DNA of 63,518 bases, filler included, from Choristocarpus tenellus KU-1152 (lineage: Eukaryota > Protista > Phaeophyceae), in assembly GCA_964200185.2 (NCBI GenBank). It is 7 parts of 7 records of this genome, joined end to end, with 100 filler letters (N's around TTAATTAATTAA, not from the genome) between each part and the next. Parts side by side here need not be neighbours in the genome. Positions count along the whole stretch, not along the records: positions 1 to 6,200 come from CAXNAD020008700.1; positions 6,301 to 10,252 come from CAXNAD020016965.1; positions 10,353 to 28,445 come from CAXNAD020000578.1; 4 more parts are not named here. One strand, given 5' to 3'. Each line of letters opens with the position of its first letter. The stretch's first letter is position 1. The position numbers were made by a program, and so were the translations under genes. The notes under the pieces are model-generated. The model had not been told where the DNA came from and did not search any database. It worked only from the letters and a program-made list of their open reading frames with translations. This document shows, one piece after another, positions 1 through 10,911 of the stretch.

Positions 1-174
1 GGGGGGGGCAGGGGAGCGCCCTTGCTACACGCCCCCATCAAGCCAGTCCATCTTTCAAAGCGTTCGTTCCGGAAAACCTGCAGCTTCGTAGACTGGAACG
101 GTACCCACTATGTAACACCACGTGTCTCTTCAATTCTCGCCCCCAATCTCTCCTCAACCTCCTGCCCATCTCAC

Positions 175-2061
175 TTTGTTGTTGGTCATTAGCTCCACAA
201 ACTCTCTGTAGTTCATGGCACCATCACCATTCTTGTCAGCGGCCATGACGATCTTCCTCGCCTCTTCCAATGTCAAGCGCTCCTTCGTGGTGGTGTGTAG
301 GTTGGCAAGCTCCTCTGCATCCACCCTCCCGTCCTTGTTGTTGTCCTATAGAATAGAGATTTATTTTTTTTCGTGGAGATGAAATATTACAATTTCTGCT
401 CATGTCCAATAGTAAGCGGTAGCAAAATTAAAAGCCTTCAAAAAAGATGTGAAAGAGCAGAAGAAAGACATAGATACGTGCCCATCGACTCCCCTTCGCC
501 AGAGGATCAAACAGCTCCCAAAAATTTGATCGACATAGCATGGATGTTGCCTTGTTCCCAAGCCAAGCTCCAAGCAGGGAAGTATGCACCGATAAAAGAT
601 ATGCTACAAAAAAGTCTTCTGTCTTAGTGATTCGTCATGATGAAACAACAGCCTGGTATTGCCAATCACCTACTTGCGTATACCATTTGCATATGTTGAT
701 TGGAAGTTCCTACTATGAATGCAGTCAATGGTAGAGCAAAAAAAATGTCACAATATGGTTAATGTAAGTCTTTCCAACTCATGACAACAGGTGCAGCACC
801 ACAGCTTACGGGCTGTTTGGGTCCTTTTGATACTGCAATTGAATCGCTCACTAATTGAACTATCTGCGCTACAACAATAAACTGCAATCTCCACACACCA
901 GCATCACTAATCTGTAGCCTCGAATCAATTGCCTCATCTTGAGTCCAACCTGCAACCCCACAACTAACCAAACCATCAAAACACCTAACTACAAAATGGG
1001 AGTCGCCCAAATGGCAGCTCTTTCTAGACGCAAAACAAAACAAAACCCACCAGCATGTTAAAGATGGCCATGTAGTCCCTCTCATCCTGCCCCTGTTCCA
1101 CTAGCCAATCAAATGCAGCCAGGAATTCATCCTCACAGATCTGACCATCAAAGTTTTTGTCTGCTAAGCATACCATAGAGGTCAGCTTCTCCTCAGATAC
1201 GACCTTAGGCGAGATATTGAAGGAGTAACAGCGTGCCGACAGTAGCACGGGGAGAGCAGGGTAAGTGCTACAGGCTATTGTGCACGTGAGAAGGGGTTAG
1301 TAAAGGTATAGGGCGCTCGGGGGACAGGTGAGGGGTTCGTCAGCACATGCCAGTGCGCTTGCAAAGCGCTAAATAAACAGTTTTTGTTAAATTGCACAAA
1401 TCTGTTGACTATGTACGTCTCTTTGTTCTATATATGCAATTGCCGAGACCTAGGTCGATTTCAAGAAGATGAACGAGCCAGATGGAATCGCGGAGAATGA
1501 AACAGCAGCACAGATGTAGGGGAAGTGTCGATTACTCACCACTCCCATCGAACGCAGCATCCGTCGAAGATCCTGCGGCTGAAGGGTGACGTTACCATGG
1601 TCATCCACGGTCCCAAAGCTGAAGAACAGGTTCGCCGCAATTGCCCTTTCTGTGGGGCCTTTAGTCAGCTCCTCCTTCTGTGTCCGTCACACCCGCGTTG
1701 GGAGTTGGCGATCAAGCGGCCAAGTTGGTATCCCAAATGTTAATCCCAGCAAGAGATCACTTTGTATGGCACATCCCCTTCTAATCGAATCAAAGCAGCT
1801 ACTTGCCCAGAGTAGAGCACCAGCACACAACCTGCCATCCATCGACAAAAAACCTACCCTCCACCTTGGCTCCGTCATCAAACCCCGCTCTTTTTTGCCA
1901 TCTTAACCGTGACTTACCGTCGTAGTTGATATTCTCCTCGCTCTTCCAAAACCCAAGGGTAAAATGTATCGCGCACTCTCCGTTCCCGCGGGGATCCTCA
2001 TCGACCTCGGCGCAGCAGTTGCCCGTGTTGTCACCAACCATCGCATGCTTCGTAACAGCAT
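175..2061 (-). CDS. Calmodulin-like multi-EF-hand protein with Arg-rich N-terminal presequence (3' end probably continues toward or beyond window start)
   Basis: Four phase-0 GT-AG exons 2061-1918, 1677-1540, 1203-1051 and 345-175 splice in frame: MLLRSMRWLVTTRATAAPRSMRIPAG...RARRISTTT|KEELTKG...DDHGNVTLQPQDLRRMLRSMGV|VVSEEKLTSMVCLADKNFDGQICEDEF...FNML|DNNKDGRVDAEEL...ADKNGDGAMNYREFVELM. Three canonical EF loops plus one degenerate. Confidence 0.85.
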
Positions 2062-2929
2062 TATCCTGAGAGATCAATCAGAAACAGATCAACTGTAAAG
2101 TCCTTCGTTCTACCTGGGCACGGAAGTGTGGAGAGAAGAAACGAGGAGACTCTCTACTCTCTCCCTTCTCCTTTGGATGTGATCTATGTGTCCCTCTTTC
2201 TTTCTCTCTCTGTCTCTCTGTTTCTCTCTCTGTCTCTCTGGTATTGTAGACCAGTTCAGTTATATATTGTGTGTTTGCAGTTGAAAACTAAAACAATAAT
2301 AATATGTGTGTGTTGTGAAGGGTTATAAAAAGGGTTTAGTGTGAAACTAATGTAAAAGCAGACATTGTGACTGTAATTGTTGTAGTATGAGTTTTGGTTT
2401 CTAAACCCAAACATTTTCCTTGTATTCAAACCTCGTCGACGTCGGCTTCTTTTCTTGGAAATCATATTTTGATTATGTCATTTTCATGATCTACAAACAG
2501 AACGAATTGTGCACCTGTACCTTGCTATATCTTGTAGCATGTGTTTAAAGTACACCAGAAAAACGCCGGATCGAGAAGAAGGCAGCAAAGGTTTATTATC
2601 CCGACCAACCCTCCGAACCTAGGCTCTGGTCCAAAATCATCGAATCAAAGATGTTTCGACTTTGAAATAGTATCACCAACCACCAACATGGATTGAGGGC
2701 GGCGTGGTAATGACTGGTGTTAATGTTGGTGTTGATGTTATAAATGTCGGTTCCTATACATTCATTGCTCAACCTGTAACCTCACAGGTTGCGTCCCCCT
2801 CCAAACAAGTCAGTACACACAACTTTACGCTTGAGAAATATATCAAATACAAGAAAAGAGAGAAGAGAAAAGAGAAAAGAGAAAATCCATGAGGGAGTAT
2901 ATTTCCAACAAAATCTTGAGTTACAAATA

Positions 2930-5154
2930 TAGTGGTACCAGTACCTTCGCCCTCTAGGGTTGTCCCGTCATAACTTTGATGTAGACGTCGGATTTTAAAA
3001 ATAAAGCATATTCGTGATGCCCGTCACAAGGCCCTCCAGAGAACGGGCTTCAATACTTTTTTTGCCATTTTTTCTTTATTTAAAGAAAGAGCGCTCATAT
3101 TGGGATTCGAACCCTGGATTGTAGGTCACCAAGAGTGACCACAGATACTATTACTTGATTAAAGTATGGGGTTTAGACAGGAAAAAAGCCTCCCCACCCT
3201 TCTTCCGGTGTGTTCGCGCACCCACTCTTTGACCTCGGCAAGGATGTCCTCGTCGAGGTCCAGGACGAAACGCCTCTCATAGCGCCCTAGGTCCGACACC
3301 TTGATGTGACCCTTCGTTAGGAAGTCTCTCTCCCATTTACTTACAGTTTCCGGCCTGACCATCGCATACCCTGCTGCCATCTTGAGCGCCATTTGACAGT
3401 CTTACTCATCATTCATACACATGTACGGGATTCGCAGTGTTAGAACCTTTACTATCATATTGTCTTGTTGAGCGTCGGAAAAGGGCATTGTCCGTGTTTC
3501 CTGGACGGGTGATATTTTATCATCAAGGCGCAAGGGCAAGGGAGGACAGGCTTGAGTTGATCGAAAATTGTGTTGATTTCTCAAATGAACGCAGGCTGGG
3601 AGAAAGCCTTAATCAACTTGATACGTCCAACTCCAAGTCCAGGAACAAAAGTGAATGTACGGCATCTTGCAAGAAGTGGGAGACACCAAACCATTGATTG
3701 GTGTGCAAATAATCTCAATCTCACCTCCTTGTCTTCCCTGGAGTCCTTGTCGATGACTGCCTCCACCTGCTCCGCGACCTCTTCAAAGTAAAGGATTTGG
3801 TGGCATCGAAACATCTCTACAGCTGCCTTTGTTACGACCGCTTTCTCGTTCACCTTGAAAGCCCTTTCGAACTTCTTTCGGGCTTCAGAGTCCTTGTAGC
3901 CCAACCCTAACATCTTATTTCTCGTTTCCTTATGCCACTATGGCTTGCACAGATTCCAAACAGCTAGAGCCTGCTGGAACTGTTGACTACTAAGATATTC
4001 TATGCCCAGGTTTTCACTTAGGCGTTTCCTGAGTGCAATGGAACGTAGTCACACTGCTCTCTTCCCCAACCTCCCCTTTGGCCGGCCACCCCAGTTCTCT
4101 TTTCGCCCGCTGTGACCAGGTTTCCCCACTGACTTCGTCACTGTAACACCTGGTGATGACCTCCCCGCTCTCTTACTGCTTTCCCAAGGTGACAGAGACT
4201 GCAGAGCAGTGCTCCGACGTGACTGAAGATCCAACCACGTTTGTGTGTAATGCTTTTAATGCATCTTCTCTCAGCATCAGCATCGCGGCCCTGTGATCCA
4301 TTTCGCAATTTGATTATGCTGCTGCGTCACACTACTCACACTTTCTCATCACCTAACATTACACTGAGTGTCACACGGTACTTGTTTTTACGTCACCTCT
4401 CGACAGAGAAGGTGCTGAGGGTAGACCCAGGGGCCAGAGTGGCCTCGGCGGCTCTCCTTGTCTCACCGTCGTGGTACATGTTGCTGTGTGGGTCACGCGT
4501 TTGTGTTAATGAAAGTATCTTGGAGGGTACGAGTTTTGCCTAGTTTGTCCATTTGGGACTTGGCTTCCCACGGGGTTTTTTATGACATTTTCCTACTCCG
4601 AAACATTTCGGAGTAGGTAAAATGTGTATGTTATGAAAAGGTGTGTCCAGAACAAGGATATTGGCACTTCCTAACAAACATGATAGCCAAAATTACATCA
4701 AAATCGAAACATTAGGTTTCGGTCCCCAAAGGGACGCGGCCCTACCCTCTAAGATACTTTGACTCGTGTGCTCACAGAAAGTCTGAAAAAGGCGTTAAAA
4801 AGATGTCCGGAAATCTTGATAGTTTTTTTTTGGTATCGCCAGACTGGCCAAACTTGTGCAGTGACGTGTACCCCGGACCAGGATTTCGCGAGGAGTTCAG
4901 CCAACTTCTTCATTTTTTTCCGTTTTGAAGTCGTGGCCTTCAAATTTGCGGCGGAGGTGTTCCCCCGCGTTTTTTTCCATTCTTTGATCAGGACATGGCT
5001 CCCGTTTCCCTAAGCCTGGACATTCGTGGATACAAACCTTCAAAAGCTCTTGCTATACCCTTTCATTTGATATATACATTGTTGCTTAACTATTTTATCA
5101 TTCTGGTGATTAATACTACGATTGCTACAGAGGGCAAAGCTACTGGTACCACCT
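2930..5154 (-). mobile_element. Decayed TA-flanked DNA transposon (Tc1/IS630-like), internally deleted
   Basis: Imperfect TIRs (T/A)(A/G)GTGGTACCAGTA(C/G)CTT(C/T)GCCCTCT at 2930 and 5154, each flanked by TA. Minus-strand fragments 3913-3581 and 3392-3159 (VSKWERDFLTKGHIKVSDLGRYERRFVLDLDEDILAEVKEWVRE) resemble an N-terminal transposase HTH region. Second copy at 27583-28445. Confidence 0.6.
4507..4765. mobile_element. MITE family A copy 1 (about 259 bp)
   Basis: TIR core AAAGTATCTT(A/G)GAGGGTA at both ends; 4-bp TSD GTGT; empty-site paralog near 27960-27985. Confidence 0.9.
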
Positions 5155-5204
5155 TATCAGGTCCACCAAACTCGAAAAAAACATCCCGCATCACATGTTG
5201 CGCA

Positions 5205-5440
5205 AAGGAAACAAAAAGGGGGAGAGAAGAAAACAAGAAAAAGGGATGCAAGAGAAATCTACCCCAAAAATGATAAAAATGCAATGAAAAGAAGGTACCA
5301 TTCAACATTGATCATGTTGGATCCTAGGGCGAACTTAGTTGCTGCTTTAGCATGACGGACTTCGGTTACCTCAGGCTTCCTTGGATTTCCACTCTGCAAT
5401 GAAGCTCATTGTGCTGCCAGCCACAAGCTCTTACCACTTC
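5205..5440. repeat. Dispersed repeat, diverged copy at about 38880-39125
   Basis: Shared blocks, e.g. GGGCGA(A/C)CTT(A/G)G(T/C)TGCTGCTTTAGCATGA ... TTCCTTGGA ... TGCAATGAA(G/A)CT(C/T)ATTGTGCT. Confidence 0.65.
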
Positions 5441-5455
5441 TGTGGGTTCATGACC

Positions 5456-5632
5456 AGCCCAAACTATCAAGGGGGGGAAGGGGGGTCTACACCACTGTGT
5501 CCATTTAGACCATAACCAGGAAAAGTGCACTTACATTATCCATCCGACGTATGCAACCAAATCACCCCAAAATTGTGACATGGAAAAATTGGCCCCAAAT
5601 GGACAGCCGCCACCCCACAGATACTTTGAGCC
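5456..5632. mobile_element. MITE family B copy (about 175 bp)
   Basis: Ends in CAGATACTTTGAGCC; G/C runs lie inside the termini; internal sequence matches 40195-40373 and 56000-56234 in reverse complement. Confidence 0.8.
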
Positions 5633-6182
5633 ACCCTTGGACTCCGTCCCTCAACCGTAATCCCAAACTCCTCAAGGATATTTTCGAGGCATACCCATCA
5701 GTTCTCCTCCTATCCATCTTGTTTCGTTTTCCAGTCACAAGCTCCGCAAATTCCAACACATTAGGAAATGGCTCATCCCCCACACATGAAACTGACCTAG
5801 CAGTTAGGATGCTACAACAGTAGGAGTTCTAGCTAGGAACACTATGTAGGGAGGGCTTCATAGTGCTTTTGTTACAACACGCTCCAGAAGCTTACCTCCA
5901 CAGAATATATAGCTCCAATCCACAGACCTACAAACGACCCTAGTGTTCGTACAAGCCTCTTAGGATACTCCAACAGTCAAGGGAGTCCAACGTGCGTCTG
6001 ATTACCTGGACAGAGGGTACTTCTCACAATCGATAAGCACAATGGTGTCAGCCAATACTTTGCTTATCGAAAGAATTAAGAAGTGACTCATGTGGTTGAT
6101 GAGACACTCTTTTCTCAGCATCATCCACCGATTTCTACAGTCTTTAAGTTAAAAGACAATCTGCAAACTGCTATATACATTC

Positions 6183-6323
6183 GACCCAAAGTATCTGTGG
6201 NNNNNNNNNNNNNNNNNNNNNNNNNNNNNNNNNNNNNNNNNNNNTTAATTAATTAANNNNNNNNNNNNNNNNNNNNNNNNNNNNNNNNNNNNNNNNNNNN
6301 CCCCCCCCCAGATACTTTGATCC
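6183..6323. mobile_element. MITE family B termini on both sides of an assembly linker
   Basis: GACCCAAAGTATCTGTGG before the gap and CCCCCCAGATACTTTGATCC after it; may be two different copies. Confidence 0.6.
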
Positions 6324-6652
6324 ACATCGGTATTTTGCAGCACAATCACACCTATCCATAACATAGACTATGCATATCGCTCATCGGTGCTTCGCAACAC
6401 CATGATTTCTCATCGCTAATAGTCTACGCACTTTGCTTACATGTATGATGCATTCGATTCAGGTTTCAACAAAGGCTGGCCTGGGCAATGAGTACTGGTT
6501 CTCTATGCCATTGCGGATGTCGCCTTCAAAATGGGAGGCATGCCACATGAATACCTGGGAGGGGAAACACCGTGTGACAACAGACGGGCAAAACCTTCAA
6601 ATATGATAGGCTTCGGGCCTGGGGGAGCGAGTGCTGTGTCCACCAAGAGAAA

Positions 6653-6913
6653 TAGCAAAAGTATCTTTGAGGGTAGAGCCGCGCCCATTTGGGGGTCAAA
6701 ACCCAACATTGCGATTTTGATGTAATTTTGGCTATCGTGCTTGTTAGGAAGTGTCAATATACCCTTGTTCTGGACGCACCTTTTTTACAACATACACATT
6801 TTACCTACTCCAAAACATTTTGGAGTAAGAAAATGTAATAAAAAAGCCTATGGGAAGCCAAGCCCAAACGGACAAACAGGGCAAAACTCGTACCCTCTAA
6901 GATACTTTCACTC
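6653..6913. mobile_element. MITE family A copy 2 (reverse orientation), inside Copia
   Basis: Full-length match to family A in reverse complement. Confidence 0.9.
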
Positions 6914-8739
6914 TGTATGCCAAGCAAGGGATCATCATGGGGACACAATCGTACATAGCTGTGTTGGTACATCTGGCTTCCTTAAGAGGCAAAGTTGGTG
7001 ACCTTTGTTCAAGTGACGTTTGAGCCAGGTGAAGACACCATGGACTTTGTTGGGGAGCGAGAGACCATGACTTTGACCGATGATGACGATAACTCTGATA
7101 ATGCTGAAGACTTCAATTGGGAATTTTGATAGTGCAGTCAATCCAATAGAGTGAGCAACAGCTGCGAGCAAGAACTCGACAAGTTCACCTGGTGGGCAAT
7201 AGAAGTCAGTTAGGATAGGTGAACAACTCAGGGTGGACTACAGGGTTTTACACTCTGGACACCTCAAGGAACTGGGCGAGAATATGGCCAATATGCTCAC
7301 AACAAATACGGACGACCCATACTGCTTGATGGGTATGGCAGATGACATCTCAATAGGTCAGCAGGAACCATCAACTATCGCTGGAGTCCTCGAAGGGCCT
7401 AACGCAAAGCACTGGCAGGAGGCAATGGCGCAGGAAATGGAGGGTCAACGAAGCAAAGGAACCTTCTATGACAGAGAGAGTCTGCCACCGGGGAGGAGAC
7501 CTGTCAAGACAAGATCTATCTTCAATATAAAAAGGACGGCCAATGAAGACATTGAAAGATTCAAGGAGAGGCTGGTGGCACGGGGTTTTTCCCAACAGGA
7601 AGGAGTAGACTACTTCAGCACGTTCAGTTCAGTGGTGGGATTTTACGTCATTCAGTCAGTCGTGGCAACAGCAGCCCACAGAAACAGGGCCGTCAACTCT
7701 ATAGGTTTCACTCAAGCATGCCTAAGCGCACCACTCCCTGAGAATGTATGGTTACAACTGACCAATGGGTCCATTGTGAAAGCAGCCAGGGCCATATATG
7801 GCCTCAAGCAATCAGCAATGGAGTAGTACAGGGAGCTCAAGGGGTCAATATTAGATGAGGGGTGGAGTGCTAGCTACTTCGATGGCTACCTGTACGTTAA
7901 GAGGAGCGAGGATGGTCGGATCGTGTCCTCTTCCAGTATGTGGATGAAATCTCGTTGACTGGAGACTTTGATGAGGAAATAGAGTGGATGAGGACCAGTC
8001 TGCTGGCCAAGTACGAGAGACGAGACCTTGGGAACCCAGACAAGTTAGTCAGGGTGGCATCAATCGGGACGAGGCTGGCATCACACTGGACCAGTGGTTA
8101 TGCAGAGAGCATTGTTTGGGAGGGAATGGAATCGACAGAGTTTCGGAATACCTCATCATCCTTGAACCCGGGAATGAACCTAACCACGAGGAGAACTGAC
8201 GAGGAGGAGCTGGACCAGGGGTACAGACCTTACTGCACCTTTTTGGGGAAACACATGTTTCTAGTTGGCATGACGCGACCAGACCTGTCCAACAGCGTGT
8301 GGGAGCTGGGAAGATACGCACCATCTCCGTGTACCAGACACTGGAAAGGGCTGTAACATGTACTATGATACATTGCTGGTGGCAACTTGGACAACGAGAG
8401 TTTAATTGGGCACGGATACTCAGATTGGGGCACTGACCCTTTGCCATGGTGGAGTGTGACAGGGTATCTGATACTCATGAATGGAACACCCACTAGACGG
8501 AAATCGAAACTGCAAGGAGGTGTAACCATATCTTCCTCAGAAGCAGAATGGACAGCGATGGTAAAAGGGATGAGACATGCGATATTTCTCAGAGGAATTC
8601 TGGGGGAGCTTGGCTTACCACAAGGGGTTACGACTTGGTATGGGGATAAAACCGAGGTGCAATACAAGCAGGGACGACTGAGGGGTTCAATGGAAGAACA
8701 AGACACGTGGACATCAAGTTAAAATGCACAAGGGAGTAC

Positions 8740-8998
8740 GAGCTAAAGTATCTTAGAGCGTACGAGTTTTTCTCTATTTGTCCATTTGGGGCTTGGCTTC
8801 CCATTGGTTTTCAATGGTATTTTACCTGCTCTGAAATGTTTCGGAGTAGGTAAAGTGTATACGTTATCAAAAGGTGTGTCCGGAACAAGGATATTGACAT
8901 CTCCTAACAAACATGATAGCCAAAATTACATCAAAATTGAAAGATTGGATTTGAACCCCCAAACGGACGCGGCTCTACCCTCCAAGATGCTTTGGCTT
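8740..8998. mobile_element. MITE family A copy 3, inside Copia RNase H
   Basis: Full length; flanks GTAC/GTAT (decayed 4-bp TSD). Confidence 0.9.
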
Positions 8999-10174
8999 GT
9001 ATGTGAGCAAAGGAATCGGAATCTTTATAGAGAAGTATATACCTACTGCACTACACCTTGCTGATATATTTTTTGAAACCTGAATCAAACGAGTCGTGCT
9101 TTCAAGTGTAATGGATATTTTGTAATGCAAAGAGGTGTCATAGTGCCACAAAGCACTGGCGAGTTGGTTCTGTTGAAACGAAGTCATTGCTTGCTCAGTC
9201 AGAAGATGGATGATGTGAATTCAGGGGTCTTCCTTGATACATTCAAAGGAAAAAATACATGCTCTAAGAAGAGGCCTGTTACCTTGGCGGACAAGGGTTT
9301 CTGTGGATGTTTTAACTCTGAATATATGGCGATGTCCAGGTGTGTATCAGGTGCACTTACCGCAGAGTGACCTTGATGTCTTATGAGGGGACAATACCAA
9401 TCAAGAAAAATAATAATCAGCAATTGACATACAAGTGGAGCAGTCTTCTGGTGTTAAGAAGAAGAAGGAAGGGAAAAACAATAAACAAAAACAAAGAAAC
9501 ATATAACAAACTTGTATCAATGTCTGATGTAACTCAAGCAACATATATTATGTCTGTGTGTGATGTGTAGCGACTGTTCTGATGCTTCCTATGTATTGCG
9601 GTGCTCTGAAGGTAATTGATGATGTTGTGATGATGTTGTGATGATGAGTTAGTGCTGCAAGTGAAAGTAACGAACAGTACAGTGGACCAATCAACAGTCA
9701 GCATGGACTGGTGGCACTGTATTGTATCAAGAAAAAAACAAATGAGTAGCCTTTCTTTTTTTAAATTTTAACAAAGAGATCACAGAAAACCAGGTAGAAG
9801 ACTTCATAGACACTGTCTTGATAAGATGAATACAGTTTGTTGAAGCAATTTGTATCCTTTTACTTCCACTGTGATGGGGAAATGTGCAAAATAGGACAAT
9901 CGGAAGCGTAACCTTTGTTGTGTATATGAGATTATAGCATTGGATTGAGTTCCCTGTGATTAAACTAATGAGATAGTACATCCGGATTATGTGCATGGGA
10001 TTTGGTATTGCAGTTAAACTACTCTGACAAAGTCGTTGACCTGCGTATGAGGCATAAATATTAATAAAACAAGCTACAAGAAGACAACCCACAAGGCACT
10101 CTTCTAATTTCATCCAACCACTCTCTTTACGTTCAGCAGGAGGTCGTGCGAGACTCCACATCTTCTTGTCTTCA

Positions 10175-10252
10175 GGTTCAAAGTATCTGAGGGGGGGTGG
10201 CGGCTGTCCATTTGGGGTCCATTTTTTCATGTCGCGATTTTTGGGTGATTTG
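10175..10252. mobile_element. MITE family B, truncated by gap
   Basis: GGTTCAAAGTATCTGAGGGGGGGTGGCGGCTGTCCATTTGGGG... Confidence 0.8.
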
Positions 10253-10911
10253 NNNNNNNNNNNNNNNNNNNNNNNNNNNNNNNNNNNNNNNNNNNNTTAA
10301 TTAATTAANNNNNNNNNNNNNNNNNNNNNNNNNNNNNNNNNNNNNNNNNNNNTGTTGTACCTACCCACCTCCAGAGGCTTTCCTAACAAAAATGACTTGA
10401 GTTTTTTTTGGGGGGGGATGTCAAGATTCAAGGGGGTGGAACGCCAGGAGCCTTTCAGAATGCACAAATATATGTTTTGTATGATTTGTCGGAGGGGGGG
10501 GTTTCCCCTATTTTGTTTTTTCTTGTTTTATCTTGATTGTACAGTACCAGGTGTATCCACCACATAGTCCTGTTACAAAATTTACGGTCAGACTATCTGC
10601 TGGTGTGTGTCAGAGACTAAAAAAAAAAATTTGCTTTTTTTGAGCTTTGGCACTGCTCTTCTTTTTTTTTTCAAATGCTGGATGAAAAGAAGGAGTAAAG
10701 CCAGTTATTTAGTTGTTTGGTATGAAAGGTTTGCCCATTTGCGAACTATCAATGGAACAAGAAAACATCAACTAGAACTTTTTGAATCCAAATATATATA
10801 TGTATATATATATATGTGATAATTTTTTTGTGCTAAAAACGACCCTCCACCAGACCTCACCCACACCAACCCTAGCCCACTCACATAAGCCCTTATGTGC
10901 TCCTCGTTCAG

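Larger units (their letters stand above)
6465..9100 (+). mobile_element. Degenerate Ty1/Copia LTR-retrotransposon pol remnant (integrase C-term, RT, RNase H)
   Basis: Integrase-end fragments (AGLGNEYW, GGETP, YDRLRAWGSECCVH), RT motifs (WQEAMAQEM, FKERLVARGFSQQEGVDYFSTFS, AIYGLKQS, TRPDLSNSV) and RNase H (GYSDW, SSSEAEW, HVDIK, LADIF). Multiple stops and frameshifts; interrupted by MITEs at 6653 and 8740; LTRs not identified. Confidence 0.9.
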
